Part shown: positions 36,701 to 50,276 of the stretch, piece after piece | Numbering within the stretch: position 1 is the first letter of the stretch | Layout: each line of letters starts with the position of its first letter | Assembly: GCF_020745735.1 (NCBI RefSeq) | Contig: NC_083403.1 | Span: forward strand, 126,312,526-126,376,525 | DNA: 64,000 bases | DNA from: Hemiscyllium ocellatum | Taxonomy: Eukaryota | Direction: 5' to 3' | Made by a program: the position numbers and the translations under genes | Notes under the pieces: model-generated | Told to the model about the DNA's origin: nothing | The model's input: only the letters and a program-made list of their open reading frames with translations | Databases searched by the model: none

Positions 36701-37367
36701 ATAACTGTGGTGCCTCCTCTCAACATTGCTACTGAATCCCATTTAATTGTATACAAGCAGAGACATGAAGACATATCACTGTGAAGGCTGGAGTGACACC
36801 AAGGCTCTGCAGTTGCTCAGCTGAGCAGCTTACCACATACTGTTACAGACGGCAGTGCTTTGTTGGAGAATGAGAGCAGTATTTACTGACTGTGGACTAG
36901 TGTGACTCTGATGCTTTAATTCTACTTAATTTAACTGCAGGTTGAGGACTGGGGGAGGAAAGAACAACAGAGAGAAAGGAAGTCCAATCACTAAATGGGA
37001 TGGATCCTACCATCGTGGTGTCAATGTCTCACTACATATTCACTGTGATTTGGTTTATAAACTTGAAGATTTTTCACAGAGCCTGTGCCAAGGTAAATTG
37101 TGGGAAATAAATTGTGTGTCTGGCCTGATCACGACAGAAACACACATGGAAACTGTCAACATCTCATGCTGACATTCAAAATCTCCCTCTGTACCACTTG
37201 TGTGGCAGAATTTGTTAATTGAAATCATTTTCTGCTTCTGGCAGCTCTCGCTGTCAAGCTAGAAAGTCTCCAAATTCGCCTGTGTATATGCTTTGAGTTT
37301 CAGTGATATCACTGGCTCTCAGAGTGACTAATCAGGTTATCATAGGGTGTTTATCAGACATTTTTAG

Positions 37368-40217
37368 AACAGAATAGAATCAAATAGAATAGAGAAGAAA
37401 TTTATTGTCATGTGCATTTTTACTTGAAAAATGCAGACATTTGTAAGTCTCCTCTGCATCATTTAGAGAAGTCACATATAAAAATAAAAAATATATAAAA
37501 TGAAGTTCTTCACATTTCACTTAACGACCCCTGGGCTCATGGGAAGCTGATTTAGGAACGATGGAATACTGTGAAGGGACAGCCAGGACAAGACCACCAT
37601 TCCTAGACAAGATTGCCTGCCAGTCTGCTGGAATACCTGGCGCTGAAGACAAAGAGCTCTTCCATACCAGGAGACTGCCACACTGGGAGACCCCCACACA
37701 AGGAGACTGCCACACTGGGAGACCCCCACACCAGGAGACTCCCACACCCAGAGACCCCCACACCAGGAGACTGCCACACTGGGAGACCCCCACACTAGGA
37801 GACTCCCACACTGGGAGACCCCCACACCAGGAGACTGCCACACTGGGAGACCCCCACACCAGGAGACTGCCACACTGGGAGACCCCCACACTAGGAGACT
37901 GTCACACTGGGAGACCCCCACACCAGGCGACCCCTACACCAGGAGACCTCCACACCCAGACACCCCCACACCAGGAGACTGCCACACTGGGAGACCCCCA
38001 CACCAGGAGACTGCCACACTGGGAGACCCCCACACCAGGAGACTGCCACACTGGGAGACACCCACACCAGGAGACTGCCACACTGGGAGACCCCCACACT
38101 AGGAGACTGCCACACTGGGAGACCCCCACACCAGGCGACCCCTACACCAGGAGACCTCCACACCCAGACACCCCCACACCAGGAGACTGCCACACTGGGA
38201 GACCCCCACACCAGGAGACTGCCACACTGGGAGACACCCACACCAGGAGACTGCCACACTGGGAGACACCCACACCCGGAGACAGCCACACCCAGAGACC
38301 CCCACACCAGGAAACCTCCACACCTGGAGACCTCCACACCAGGAGACTGCCACACTGGGAGACCCCCACACCAGGAGACTGCCACACTGGGAGACCCCCA
38401 CACCAGGAGACTGCCACACTGGGAGACACCCACACCAGGAGACTGCCACACTGGGAGACCCCCACACTAGGAGACTGCCACACTGGGAGACCCCCACACC
38501 AGGCGACCCCTACACCAGGAGACCTCCACACCCAGACACCCCCACACCAGGAGACTGCCACACTGGGAGACCCCCACACCAGGAGACTGCCACACTGGGA
38601 GACACCCACACCAGGAGACTGCCACACTGGGAGACACCCACACCCGGAGACAGCCACACCCAGAGACCCCCACACCAGGAAACCTCCACACCTGGAGACC
38701 TCCACACCAGGAGACTGCCACACTGGGAGACCCCCACACCTAGAGACCACCAAATGAGAGACCCCCACGCCAGGAGACTGCCACACTGAGAGACCCCCAC
38801 ACCCAGAGACCCCCACACCCAGAGACCACCAAACCGGGAGACCCCTACACCAGCAGGCTGCCACACTGGGAGACCCCTACACCAGGAGACTGCCACAGTG
38901 GGAGACCCCCACACCCGGAGACCATCAAACCGGGAGACCCCCACACCCAGAGACCACCAAACCACTAGACCTCCACACCCGGAGACCCCCCACACCCAGA
39001 GACCACCACACCCGGAGACCCCCACGCCAGGACACCTCCACACCCGGAGACCCCCACACCAGGCGACCCCTACACCAGGAGACCTCCACACCCAGACACC
39101 CCCACACCAGGAGACTGCCACACTGGGAGACCCCCACACCAGGAGACTGCCACACTGGGAGACACCCACACCCGGAGACAGCCACACCCAGAGACCCCCA
39201 CACCAGGAAACCTCCACACCTGGAGACCTCCACACCAGGAGACTGCCACACTGGGAGACCCCCACACCTAGAGACCACCAAACGAGAGACCCCCACGCCA
39301 GGAGACTGCCACACTGAGAGACCCCCACACCCAGAGACCCCCACACCCAGAGACCACCAAACCGGGAGACCCCTACACCAGCAGGCTGCCACACTGGGAG
39401 ACCCCTACACCAGGAGACTGCCACAGTGGGAGACCCCCACACCCGGAGACCATCAAACCGGGAGACCCCCACACCCAGAGACCACCAAACCACTAGACCT
39501 CCACACCCGGAGACCCCCCACACCCAGAGACCACCACACCCGGAGACCCCCACGCCAGGACACCTCCACACCCGGAGACCCCCACACCAAGAGACTCCCA
39601 CACTGGGAGACCTCCACACTGGGAGACCCCCACACCAGGAGACTACCACACCCAGAGACCACCACACCCGGAGACCCCCACAGCAGGAGACTGCCACACC
39701 AGGAGACCCCCACACCCAGAGACCACCACATGCAGAGACCCCCACACCAGGAGATTGCCACATCAGGAGACCCCCACGCCCAAAGACCACTATCCTGGGA
39801 GACCCCCACACTGGGAGACCTCCACACTGGGAGACCCCCACACTGGGAAACCTCCACACTGGGAGACACCCACACCAGGAGGCCTCCACATTGGGAGACC
39901 CCCACACCGGGAAATCTCCACACTGGGCAAAGACCACTTTCTCCTTTGGGCACTCAGTACTAGCTGCAGACCTGGAGCCCTGGCCTAGCTTGCGAGTCTG
40001 GGCTGGGGGTGTTAGCCTGCAAGACCCTGGGCTCAGGTGGAGACACGTTCATCTTGTCCCGCCATCATTGCTGCTGCCACTGCCGCTGGAGATTTAAAAG
40101 AAATCAAAGTGAAAAGAAAGAGAAAGATCCAAAGTAAAAAGAAGAACAAAAAAAAGAGAAAAAAAGCTGATGGGAGTGGACGATCCCTGGGCTCATCCCC
40201 CCTACTCCACCACCATC
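37368..40217 (-). mobile_element. Non-coding retroposon-like element hosting the 16-bp minisatellite
   Basis: Minus-strand 3' end GACAATAAA + (TTCTA)n at 37368-37410 (similar tail at ~20712-20750); 5' end resembles CpG-decayed GATGGCGGCGG. Confidence 0.4.
37667..39927 (+). repeat. Minisatellite, 16-bp unit GGAGAC(TG/CC)CCACAC(TG/CA), roughly 140 units, with higher-order blocks
   Basis: Alternating GGAGACTGCCACACTG / GGAGACCCCCACACCA; identical variant blocks recur at offsets of 240, 368 and 528 bp. Confidence 0.95.
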
Positions 40218-41189
40218 AAGAGACATCTGTGAATAGAAAACACCAGGCTCTCCCCGGGAATGTCAAAGTACTGCTCAAGGCTTTAATGTGAAGGTTTACA
40301 AGGGGATCTTACTGACCACATGTGGCAATTGTTTACAACGTCTTGACCTCACATTTTTATGCACTCCTCCTTCTAAAACACAAAACTAGGATAGGATGTG
40401 AGAAATCCCGTATCTTATTCTGACTCCAAGGTTGAAGTGAAGGTGGAATGGAAACCCATTGACAGTCTTCCTCCCATCTAAAGGATGTCTGAGTAGAGTG
40501 TTCTTAAACATATGATGACATAAGGATATGACATTAAATCACAGATGACAGCGTATTGTTGACGGGCCCTTCTGCCATCTAGAGTGCTGTACTACTTCCT
40601 GGGCTGGATTTCATGGGCCCCTGCCAACTTGGTTTCAGTGGAGAGAACTTCCTGCCCACCCTTGGACCCAACTCCCATAATACACTGGGTGGGCAGGTGG
40701 TAGCCTGGCCACTCTCTTTAAGTAAATAATTAAATGCCAATTACGCTTGTTAACAAGACCGGAATAATACATTGCCCATGTCTTAGTACGGTTGACTCAG
40801 GGGTGAGGGTGAGCAGCTTGGAGTCTTTATGGAACAATTTTGAAAAGGTGGGCGGCAGTAATGGGTTACTAACTAAGGGTGAGGTACCATTTGCCAATCA
40901 GGTAAACTCTCAAAGATACTATCACAGAACCCTTCCTACGCACCTGCAGCGTGAAAACCATACCCTCTCTAAGATGGTCAACTTCATCCTGCCTAACATC
41001 CATCACAAGCCTAACTTTGAGATCTATTGATGGAATGGATGGCGTTTCAACAATGTTCAGTTGAGCTGATGGTGCAGAATGGGATAAGTCTCACTCTCTG
41101 CCTCATTAGTCCACTCACAGCACACTATAAGCTGCAGGGTGGGATTTTCTCAGTTCATCAGCTGCCCACTGGCTTTCCTTCTTGAGGTT

Positions 41190-41796
41190 TGTTATGAACC
41201 TGACCAAACTCCTTTCAAATATATCAAGGAGATAGCCTAGATCCAAACTTTTATCTAATTTAAAGGCACATGTAAGGTGCTGTGTTCCAGATGCAATTCA
41301 ATTGCTTACAGTAAACAAAACACATTTTATTCTTACCGCCCATTAAAATGCAAATGAATGAAAGAAGGATTGATATAATTTTAACTCTATCGTAAAACTT
41401 AAAGAATAATAGATTATTTAACTACTAAAATAGCAACTGTTCCAGTGTAATATCATCCCATAAACACACACATGGGAAAGGCTGATTCAGATTATCTCAC
41501 ATACAATTTTAGCAGCAATGAGAGAATGAAGCTCTTAGCTGTGGCAAAGAGAGAGAGATGTAGCAGTTTCCACAACCAGCTTCCAAACCTCAACAACTGC
41601 TGAAAGTCCCTGGTCCTGTGGAAGCCTGACTCTACCCAGGCTGCTTCTATTGTTCCAACTTTTAAAAAAAACCCAAGACTTCACAAGCTGTTTACTTTAC
41701 TGGCTTGGAACAGACCACTCAAAACCTCTGTCTCAATGTCTATCCCAACCTCTCTTCATAAAAACACCAGGACAAAATGTCCCTCTTATCGTCACA
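41190..41796. mobile_element. Solo-LTR-like element
   Basis: TGTTATGA...CGTCACA ends; similar to 18219-19276; no clear TSD. Confidence 0.45.
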
Positions 41797-42397
41797 AACT
41801 GAACCATTGGTCAACCCCTCTCTCTCAATTCTTCCTGTCATTTTAATTTAAAATACAAAATAACAATGGACTCCATACTGGGTAAAATACACTAAAAAGT
41901 CTCAAAGTAACATAATTTCTGATGAGGCAGCATAGTCCCACACAATTGCAGAAATTTATACTTCCTTAAATACCTCATGTGCAAACATTGCAATTTTGCA
42001 AACTTTGTTTTCTCCTCTACAATAACATATCTGATGAAGTGTTGTGAATGGCTGCAGCTAGAATTATGACAAGCTGATATCTCACTGCCCTCTCAATGTA
42101 ACAATTTCCAACCATCTGTCATAATTGAGGCCATCGTGATTCAGTTTCTATGGAGAAGCAACTGGTGTGCAAAAAGTAAGACAGAGTACTTACAAAATAG
42201 TTCTGAATATCAAACAAGTAAAAAAAAACTTAAATCAATTAGCTTTGAGTAATGATGCTATGCCTGTCTGTCTTTATCTGAGGCTGTTGTACAGTCGTAT
42301 GTGTTCTTTAATACAGCTTTCTTGCAGTTACTTGACAGCCTTGTAGATTGGTAACATGGGAAAATGCTGCTTTCAGGCAGCATCAGGAATGGCCATA

Positions 42398-43020
42398 ACC
42401 ATTAGACCATAAGACGTAGGAGTGGAGGTAAGGCCATTCAGCCCATTGAGTCCACCCTGCCATTCAATCATGGCTGATTGGCATTTCATTGCCACTTACC
42501 CACAGTCTCCCCTTATCCCTTAATTCCTTGCAAGATTAAGAATTTACCAATCTCTGCCTTGAAGACATTTAACATCCCAGCCTCCACTGTGCTTCATGGC
42601 AATGAATTCCACAGGCCTACCACTCTCTGGCTGAAGAAATGTCTCCTTATTTCCATTCTAAATTGACCCTCTAATTCTAAGTCTGTGTCCAAGGGTCCTA
42701 GTATCCCCGCCTGCCAGAAACAAATTCCCAATGTCTACCCTTTCTAAACCATGCATTATCTTGTAAGTTTCTATTAGATCTCCCCTCAACTGTCTAAACT
42801 CTAATGAATACAATCCCAGGATCCTCAGCTGTTCATTGTATGTTAGGCCTACCATACCACATCCGTGTGAATCTCCGCCAGACACGCTCCAGTGCCAGTA
42901 CGTCCTTCCTGAGGTGTGGGGCCCAAAACTGGTCACAGTATTCTAAATGGGGCCTAACCAGAACTTTATAAAGTCTCAGTAGCGCTTTTACATTCCAGCC
43001 CACTTGAGATAAATAACAAC
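42398..43020 (-). mobile_element. CR1 LINE 3' fragment
   Basis: LGLYSLEFRQLRGDLIETYKIMHGLERVD; tail ACCATTAGACCATAAGA. Confidence 0.85.
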
Positions 43021-44596
43021 TGCCCCCTCCACTCCTCGGATTTTAAATACCACCATTTGCTGTATACATTTGTGCAGAAATGATGATCATTTTGGTAAGG
43101 CACAGGGAGGCAACTACGTTTTGTCAGCACTTTCAGAAGAGGAAAAGTTGGAATATTAAAAATGCAGAACCAGTAAAGTAGAAATCATCTCAATCCTGCC
43201 TGAGTGAGCAATAAAGAATAGAGTTCTAGGAATCTGCAGAAAGACTGGCATTGGAAGGAAGATAACTCATCCACCTAAAAGGTCAGATTGTAGTCCATTT
43301 TCACAAAGCTGATCTAACTTTTCAGTAACCCAATTCATTATGTATCTGACTCAAATGGTATACTTGTAGGAACTATCGTCTTCAAGGCTAGAGAATTTCT
43401 GGCTGTGGCGATGCTCCTGATATAAAGTGGTTCAGAGAAACATTGCGGCAAAAAGCCATCCCAGGTGAGGACTGCACCATCATGTACTGAGGCTTATGGA
43501 CTGCCTTTGTTGTACATCAGGACAATTTAAAAAAGCTTCTTAAACTCTGTTTCTCACTCCAAAGATGCTGTCACACCTGCTGAGTATTTTCAGCACTTTC
43601 TGTATTTTTATTTTAGGAAGGCACAGCTGTCAGTTACAATATGTGCTCCATATACGACAACATCTCAGGACTTATGCCTGGTATAAAATAAAGAGAATTG
43701 CTTTGACATAGCTTTGTCGAGCATGAATATGGTTTTACATTTCAGTCTTCTTTCTCAGGAACTAATTGATAACATTTGTTTAAAGGAGCTCACCCTATTT
43801 CAGAACAGAGATTCTGTTCTGCTCTCCCACACTGGCAAGACAGCAGAAAGGCCAGTTCAAAGTCTGTCAAGTGCTAGCTGCCTGTTAATAATCCTTGCCA
43901 ACACTGAGTTGCTGATTCACTTGGAAGATTGCATCTCTTTTTCTGTGATAAATCATTACACAGGATGTTTCTGTTCATTGAAGCTCAAGGTCTAATGTTC
44001 TCACTCCTGGCTATTGCTGGCTGCCACTCGCAAAGGCAGACAGTTCCCCGGTTGGCCGAATATATCTCATCTTCTTGACATGTTATCCAGGTCTGGCTCC
44101 TCTCAGAGTGAGCTCTGCATGTTTGCAGGAAAGTATTGAAGAGGAATTGGCAAATATATTCCACTTAAAGCAAGTTGGCACCACTGTACTGTGCGACTTC
44201 AATCACTCAAACCTTTGTATTTGATATGCATACATAGGAATCAGCTTTCATAGGTTGCTACAAGTGACTCATGGAACTGCTCAAACTTAGCTCAAAAAGT
44301 ATCATTTCAAACTGCAGTATAATATGAGCCATAAACAATGTTTATTATACATAACCTGTGACTCCACAGGCCTTGCTGGGATATAACACAGACATTATAC
44401 AATTTCTGACCACACTTTCATAATTTCCCAGCTGCAACAGAAATATTTGGCCTACAAGAATAAGATTTTTCACAGTGTGAGGTCTGAGCTGATGAACCAG
44501 ACATTGTGGTAATAACTGGTGAGTGCATTTTACCCTTGAAGACTAGAATTGAGTAGTGGTCTTTCACTCTGTAAGGTCTTTCACTACTGTATGGAA

Positions 44597-47500
44597 ATAG
44601 AACATAGAACATTACAGCGCAGTGCAGGCCCTTCAGTCCTCGATGTTGCGCTGACCTCTGGAACTAATCTGAGGCCCATCTAGCCTACACTGTTCCATTT
44701 TCATCTATATGTTTATTCATTGACCATTTAAATGCCCTTAAAGTTGGCAAGTCTACTATTGTTGCAGGCAGGCCATTCCACGCTCCTACTACTCTCTGAA
44801 TAAAGAAACTGCCTCTGATATCTGTCCTATATCTATCACCCCTCAATTTAAAGCTATGTCCCCTCGTGCTAGCCATCACCATCTGAGGAAAAAGGTTGTC
44901 CACCCGATCTAACCCTCTGGTTATTTTATGTGTCTCAATTAAGTCACCTCTTAACCTTCTCCACTCCAACAAAAACATCCTCAAGTCCCTCAGCCTTTCC
45001 TCATAAGACGTCCCCTCCATACCAGGGAATATCCTAGTAAATCTCCTCTGAACCCTTTCCAAAGCTTCCACATCCTTGTATAATGCGGTGATCAGAACTG
45101 TACGCAATACTCCAAGTGCGGCTGCACTAGAGTTTTGTACAGGTGCACCATGACCTCATGGCTCCAAAACTCAATCCCTCTATCAATAAAAGCTAACCCA
45201 CCATATTCCTTCTTCACAACCCTATCAACTTAGCTGGCAAATTTCAGGGATCTATGTACATGGACACTGAGATCTCTCTGTTCATCCTCATCCACACTAC
45301 CAAGAATCTTACCATTAGCCCAGTACTCTTCATTCCTGTTAATCCTTCCATAGTGAATCACCTCACACTTTTCCACATTGCACTCCATTTGCCACCTTTC
45401 AGCCCATCTCTACAGCCTTTATATGACCCTTTGAAACCTGCAACATTCCTCAGCACTGCCCACAACTCCACCAACCTTTGTGTTATCCACAAATTTATTA
45501 ACCCATCCTTCTATGCCCTCTTAAAAGGTCATTTATAAAAGTGACAAACAGCAGTGGCCCCAAAACAGATCCTTGTGGTACACCACTAGTAACTGAACTC
45601 CAGGATGAACATTTCCCATCAATCACCACCCTCTGTCGTCTTTCAGCTAGCCAATTTCTGATTCAAACTGCAAAATCACCCACAATCCCATGCCTCTGTA
45701 TTTTGTGCAATAGCTTACCATGGGGAACCTTATCAAACGCCTTACTGAAATCCATATACACCACATCAACCACTTTACCCTCATCTTCTCATCTTCTCAA
45801 AGAACTCAGTAAGGTTTGTGAGGCACGACCTACCCTTCACAAAACCCCGTTGACTATCCTTAATCAACTTATTCCTTTCCAGATGATTATAAATCCTATC
45901 TTTAATAACCTTTTCCAACACTTTACCCACAACCGAAGTAAGGCTCATTGGTCTATAATTATAGGGTTGTCTCTACTCCCATTCTTGACGAAGGGAACAA
46001 CATTTGCTATTTTCCAGTCTTCTGGCACTGTTCCTGTAGAAAATGATGACATAAAGATCAAAGCCAAAGGCTCTGCAGTCTCCTCCCTGGCTTCTTAGAG
46101 AATCTGAGGATAAATCCCATCCAGCCCAGAGGACTTAACTATTTTCACACTTTCCAGAATTGCAATCACCTCCTAGTGAAACTCAATCCCATCTAGTTTA
46201 GTAGGCTGTATCTCTGTATTCTCCTCGATGAAATACTGACAAAAAATATTCATTTAGCACCTCCCCTATCTCCTCTGACTCCACGCACAACCTCCCATTA
46301 CTATTCTTGATTGGCCTTAATCTTATTTTTGTCATTCTTTTATTTCTGCTATATGCATTGAAAGTTTTAGCGTTTTCCTTGATCCTATCCACCAATGACT
46401 TCACGTTTGCCCTCCTGGCTCTTCTTTGCTCTCTCTTTAGGTCTTTCCTGGCTAATTTGTAACTCTCAAATGCCCTGAGTCTTCACGTCTTATCCTAACA
46501 TAAGTCTTATTCTTCCTCTTGACAAGAGCTTCAACTTCTTTAGTAAACCATGGCTCCCTTGCTTGACCACTTCCTCCTTGTCTGACAGGTACATACTTCT
46601 CAAGGATATGCAATTACTGTTCCTTAAACAAGCTCCATATTTCAATTGTGCCCATCCCCTGCAGTTTCCTTCCCCAACCTATGCATCCTAAATCTTGCCT
46701 AATTGCATCATAATTGCCTTTCCCCCAGCTATAAATCCTGCCCTGCGGTATACACCTATTCCTTGCTATTGCTAAAGTACATAGCCAAATTGTGATCACA
46801 GTCACCAAAGTGCTCACCTACCTCCAAATCTAACAGCTGGCCTGGTTCATTACCCAGCACCAAACCCAGTGTGGCCTCGCACCTTGTTGCTTTGATGACA
46901 TATTGTGTCAGGAAACCCTCCTGCACACATTGGACTAAAACTGACCCATCTGAAGTACTTGAACTGTAGTATTTCCAGCCAATATTTGGAAAGTTAAAGT
47001 CCCCTCTACCAACTACCTTGTCACTCTTGTTCCTATTGAGAATCATCTTTGCTTTCCTTTCCTTTACATCTCTGAAACTATTTAGAGGCCTATAGAAAAC
47101 TCCCAACAGGGTGACCTCTCCTTTCCTGCTTCTAACCTCAGCCCATACTACCTCAGTAGATGAGTCCCCAAACATCCTTTCTGCTACTGTAATAGTGTCC
47201 TTGACAAACAACACCACACCTCCCCCTCTTTTACCATCTGCTCTGTTCTTACTGAAACATCTAAATCCCAGAACCTGCAACAACCATGCCTGTCCCTGCT
47301 CTACCCATGTCTCTGAAATGGCCACAATATCGAAGTCCCAGGTACCAACCCATGCTGCAAGTTCACCCACCTTATTCTGGATGCTTCTGGCATTGAAGTG
47401 AAGGTCCCACCTACCCCAGAAAGAGCTCCAATTATCAAGGACTCCAAAACCTTTCCTCCTGCACCATCTCTGTAAACACTTTAACTCTTCTCTCCCCCAT

Positions 47501-48600
47501 TCCTCACCTCATTAGCACGTGGCACGGGCAACAAACCAGAGATAACAACTCTATTTGTTCTAGCTCAAAGCTTCCACCCGAGTTCCCTGAATTTCTGCCT
47601 TAAACCCACATCTCGTTTCCTACCTATGTCATTGGTGCCCATGTGAACCATGACTTGGGGCTGCTCCCCCTCCCCCTCAAGGATCCTGAAAACATGATCA
47701 GAGACATCACGAACCCTGGCGCCTGGGAGGCAACACACCAACTGTGAGTTTCTCTCGCTCCCACAGAATCTCCTATCTATCCCCCTAATAATGGAGTCCC
47801 CAGTGACTAATGCTCAGCTCCTCTTCCCCATTCCCTTCTGAGCAGCAGGGACAGACTCTGTGCCAGAGACCTGTGCCCCATAGCTTACCCCTGGCAAGTC
47901 CACCCTCAACAGTATCCAAAACAGTATACTTACTGTTGAGAGGAATGGCACAGGGGATCCCTGCACTGCCTGCTGGTTCCCTTTCCGTCCCCTGACGGTA
48001 GCCCATCTGCCTCCTTCTTGGACCTGAGGTGTGACTACCTCCTGTAACTCCCCTCAATAACCCCCTCCACCTCCCGAATGATCCGAAGTTCATCCAGCTC
48101 CAGTTCCCTAGCATGGTTTTTGAGGAGGTGGAATTGGGTGCACTTCCTGCAGATGCAGTCACATTAATGGTGATCCTTACCTCCCACATTCTGCAGGAGG
48201 AACATTCAACTGCTCTAACCTCCATTTCCACTATTCTAAATTCCCAATGAGATTACTGAAAACTAAAACAAAACTAGTCACCTACCAATCCGGCACACAG
48301 AGCCTTTGTTTTGGTTAGAGGTGGAGAATGGCTGGGAGACACTACCTAAGTAGTACTGCGGGTAATGCAACCACCCAAATATATAGCCTCACACCCAGCA
48401 GTCTCATGTCCGCTCCTGCTCTGCATGCATTCCATCTATACATGAGTCAAGCTTTACCTTCCTGTCAGGCCCCTGGTCCTCACTTTGCTTGTCCCACTCT
48501 AACTGCCACATAAAAATGAAGACCGCTGAACACACAAGGTAAGTTTTTATACTTTAAATTTACCTTCCAGTCAGGCCCCTGGTTCTCACTGTCACTCCTC
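44597..48600 (-). mobile_element. Near-full-length CR1 LINE with internal deletion at the ORF1/ORF2 junction
   Basis: 5' UTR with a tandem repeat, ORF1 MEVRAVECSSCRMWEVR, APE ORF 46756-47370 (ISETW, GDFN), RT remnants, (TTCTATG)n tail at 44597-44612. Confidence 0.92.
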
Positions 48601-49039
48601 AATAAAAGAACTGGTTTTATCTTCTGGAAAGCGTTAATATTAAAAAGGAATGTCAATTTGCTGAACTTTAATACTTAAATCTGCCCAAGCGTGAATGCCC
48701 ATATTTTGACCTTTAAGCAATGTATATCTCACTGAGGGGATTGCACTTTCATATTGAGTGCCATTTCATAAGCTGTGTGCATTTATAAACTTCTGAGGAA
48801 ACCAAGCATGCTTCTACAAGGCAGTTATAAACAGCATAGCAATAATCACAGGGAAAACTCTCTGCTGATTAGAGCCAAACTTGGTATATAGGAAGATGTG
48901 ATTATTGGAGGTCAGTTTTATCTCAGTCCCAGGACATCCCTCCTCAGGTCCTTGTCTGAACTCCAACCATTTTCAGTTGTCTCATCATTGAAGTTCCGTC
49001 CATTGTAAGGTCAGAAGTGGAGGTGTTCACTGATAATTG

Positions 49040-49228
49040 AGTAAAAAGTGAGGTCTGCAGATGCTGGAGATCAGAGCTGAAAATGTGTTGCTGGTTAAAG
49101 CACAGCAGGTTAGACAGCATCCAAGGAACAGGAAATTCCTGATGAAGGGCTCTGGCCCGAAACGTCGAATTTCCTGTTCCTTGGATGCTGTCTAACCTGC
49201 TGTGCTTTAACCAGCAACACATTTTCTA
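49040..49228. mobile_element. PLE-terminus fold-back insertion (family B): perfect 60-bp hairpin capped by a hammerhead core, 12-bp TSD
   Basis: 49079-49138 is the exact reverse complement of 49167-49226; TSD CACTGATAATTG at 49028-49039 and 49229-49240. Confidence 0.92.
49133..49172 (+). ncRNA. Minimal type-I hammerhead ribozyme motif (intact), predicted cleavage after C49166
   Basis: AAAUUC-CUGAUGA-A-GGGC-UCUG-GCCC-GAAA-CG-UC-GAAUUU. Confidence 0.85.
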
Positions 49229-49962
49229 CACTGATAATTGCACAACATTGAGCACCATTTGCGATTCCTCAGATTCTGGAGCAGTCTATGTTAAAATGTA
49301 GCAAGACCTGGATGATATTCACTCTTTGGCTGACACGTAGCAAATAACATTTATGTACACAAGAGCCAGGCAATGACTGTCTCCAGCAAGAGAGAATTGA
49401 ACCACCATCCCTTGAAATTCAACAACATTACAGGGATATGATAGTGATTTGGTAAAGCTACTGGACTAGTAACCAAAACTGCAACTTGGGAACATAGTTT
49501 GGATCCCACTATGGTACCATTGTGAAATTTGAATTTGGTAAAAAATCTGAATAACAACCAGCTGATTCTCACAGAACCCTTCTGGAATCCATTCCACCCT
49601 GTTACTGTATTTTCCTGATACCTACCTCAGTTCATCTGGCATCCTATTTACCTACTTGGTACCTTACCCTCCTAGCACCCTAACCTCACGCGTACCTCAT
49701 ATACTTACCTTTACACAAGAGCTATCAAAGTGACAGGTTGCTATGTTAGACTTTTGAATCACAGAATACGGCAACTGACTGCTGTGAAACGATTATCCTT
49801 CCCCCAGTTGTCCTGGACTAGAATGGCCTTTCCAATGGCAAGTACATAATGATGTCTCCACATATCTGAAGGGGTGCAGATCAAAATCTCCTGTGAGAAA
49901 TGTGGAGATCTTTCTTACCATAAAAAAAAGGGAAGTGCAGAGTGTCAATCTGTCTGTGATTA

Positions 49963-50276
49963 TGATTTGGAGATGCCGGTGTTGGACTGGGATGTACAAA
50001 AGTTTCACTTGAGAATGCAACTTTTAAAAAGGTTTTGCAATTTACATTTGAAAGAACTGAAACCAACATGGTCATTCGACAGATAAGAGACTTAGCAAAC
50101 AATCCAGGTCTTTTCCATATATAATTTCAGTTAGATCACACTGTAAACTTTGCTATAAATTCTGTCTTATGATCTTATACTCCACAACCACCTGATGAAG
50201 GAGCATCACTCTGAAAGCCAGTGCTTCCAATTAAACCTGTTGGACCATAACCTGGTGTTGTGTGATTTTTAACTTT
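49963..50276. mobile_element. PLE-terminus insertion (family A): short antisense tip + longer sense arm
   Basis: Antisense TGATTTGGAGATGCCGGTGTTGGACTGGG; sense arm with CAC-CTGATGA-A-GGAGCATCACTCT-GAAA-GC-CA (U16.1 mutated); partial TSD TGTCTGT. Confidence 0.85.

Larger units (their letters stand above)
48890..49430 (+). mobile_element. Old CR1/L2-group RT fragment interrupted at its FADD-equivalent motif by the 49040-49228 hairpin
   Basis: GTGTTCACTGATAATTG|CACAAC...CAGCAAGACCTGGATGATATT-type sequence (decayed VFADDCT...QQDLDNI). Confidence 0.6.

Noticed and set aside
37517-40097. Long ORFs of 200-475 aa on both strands
   Set aside because: Artefact of the stop-poor 16-bp tandem repeat; the same peptide appears in all frames and there is no gene context
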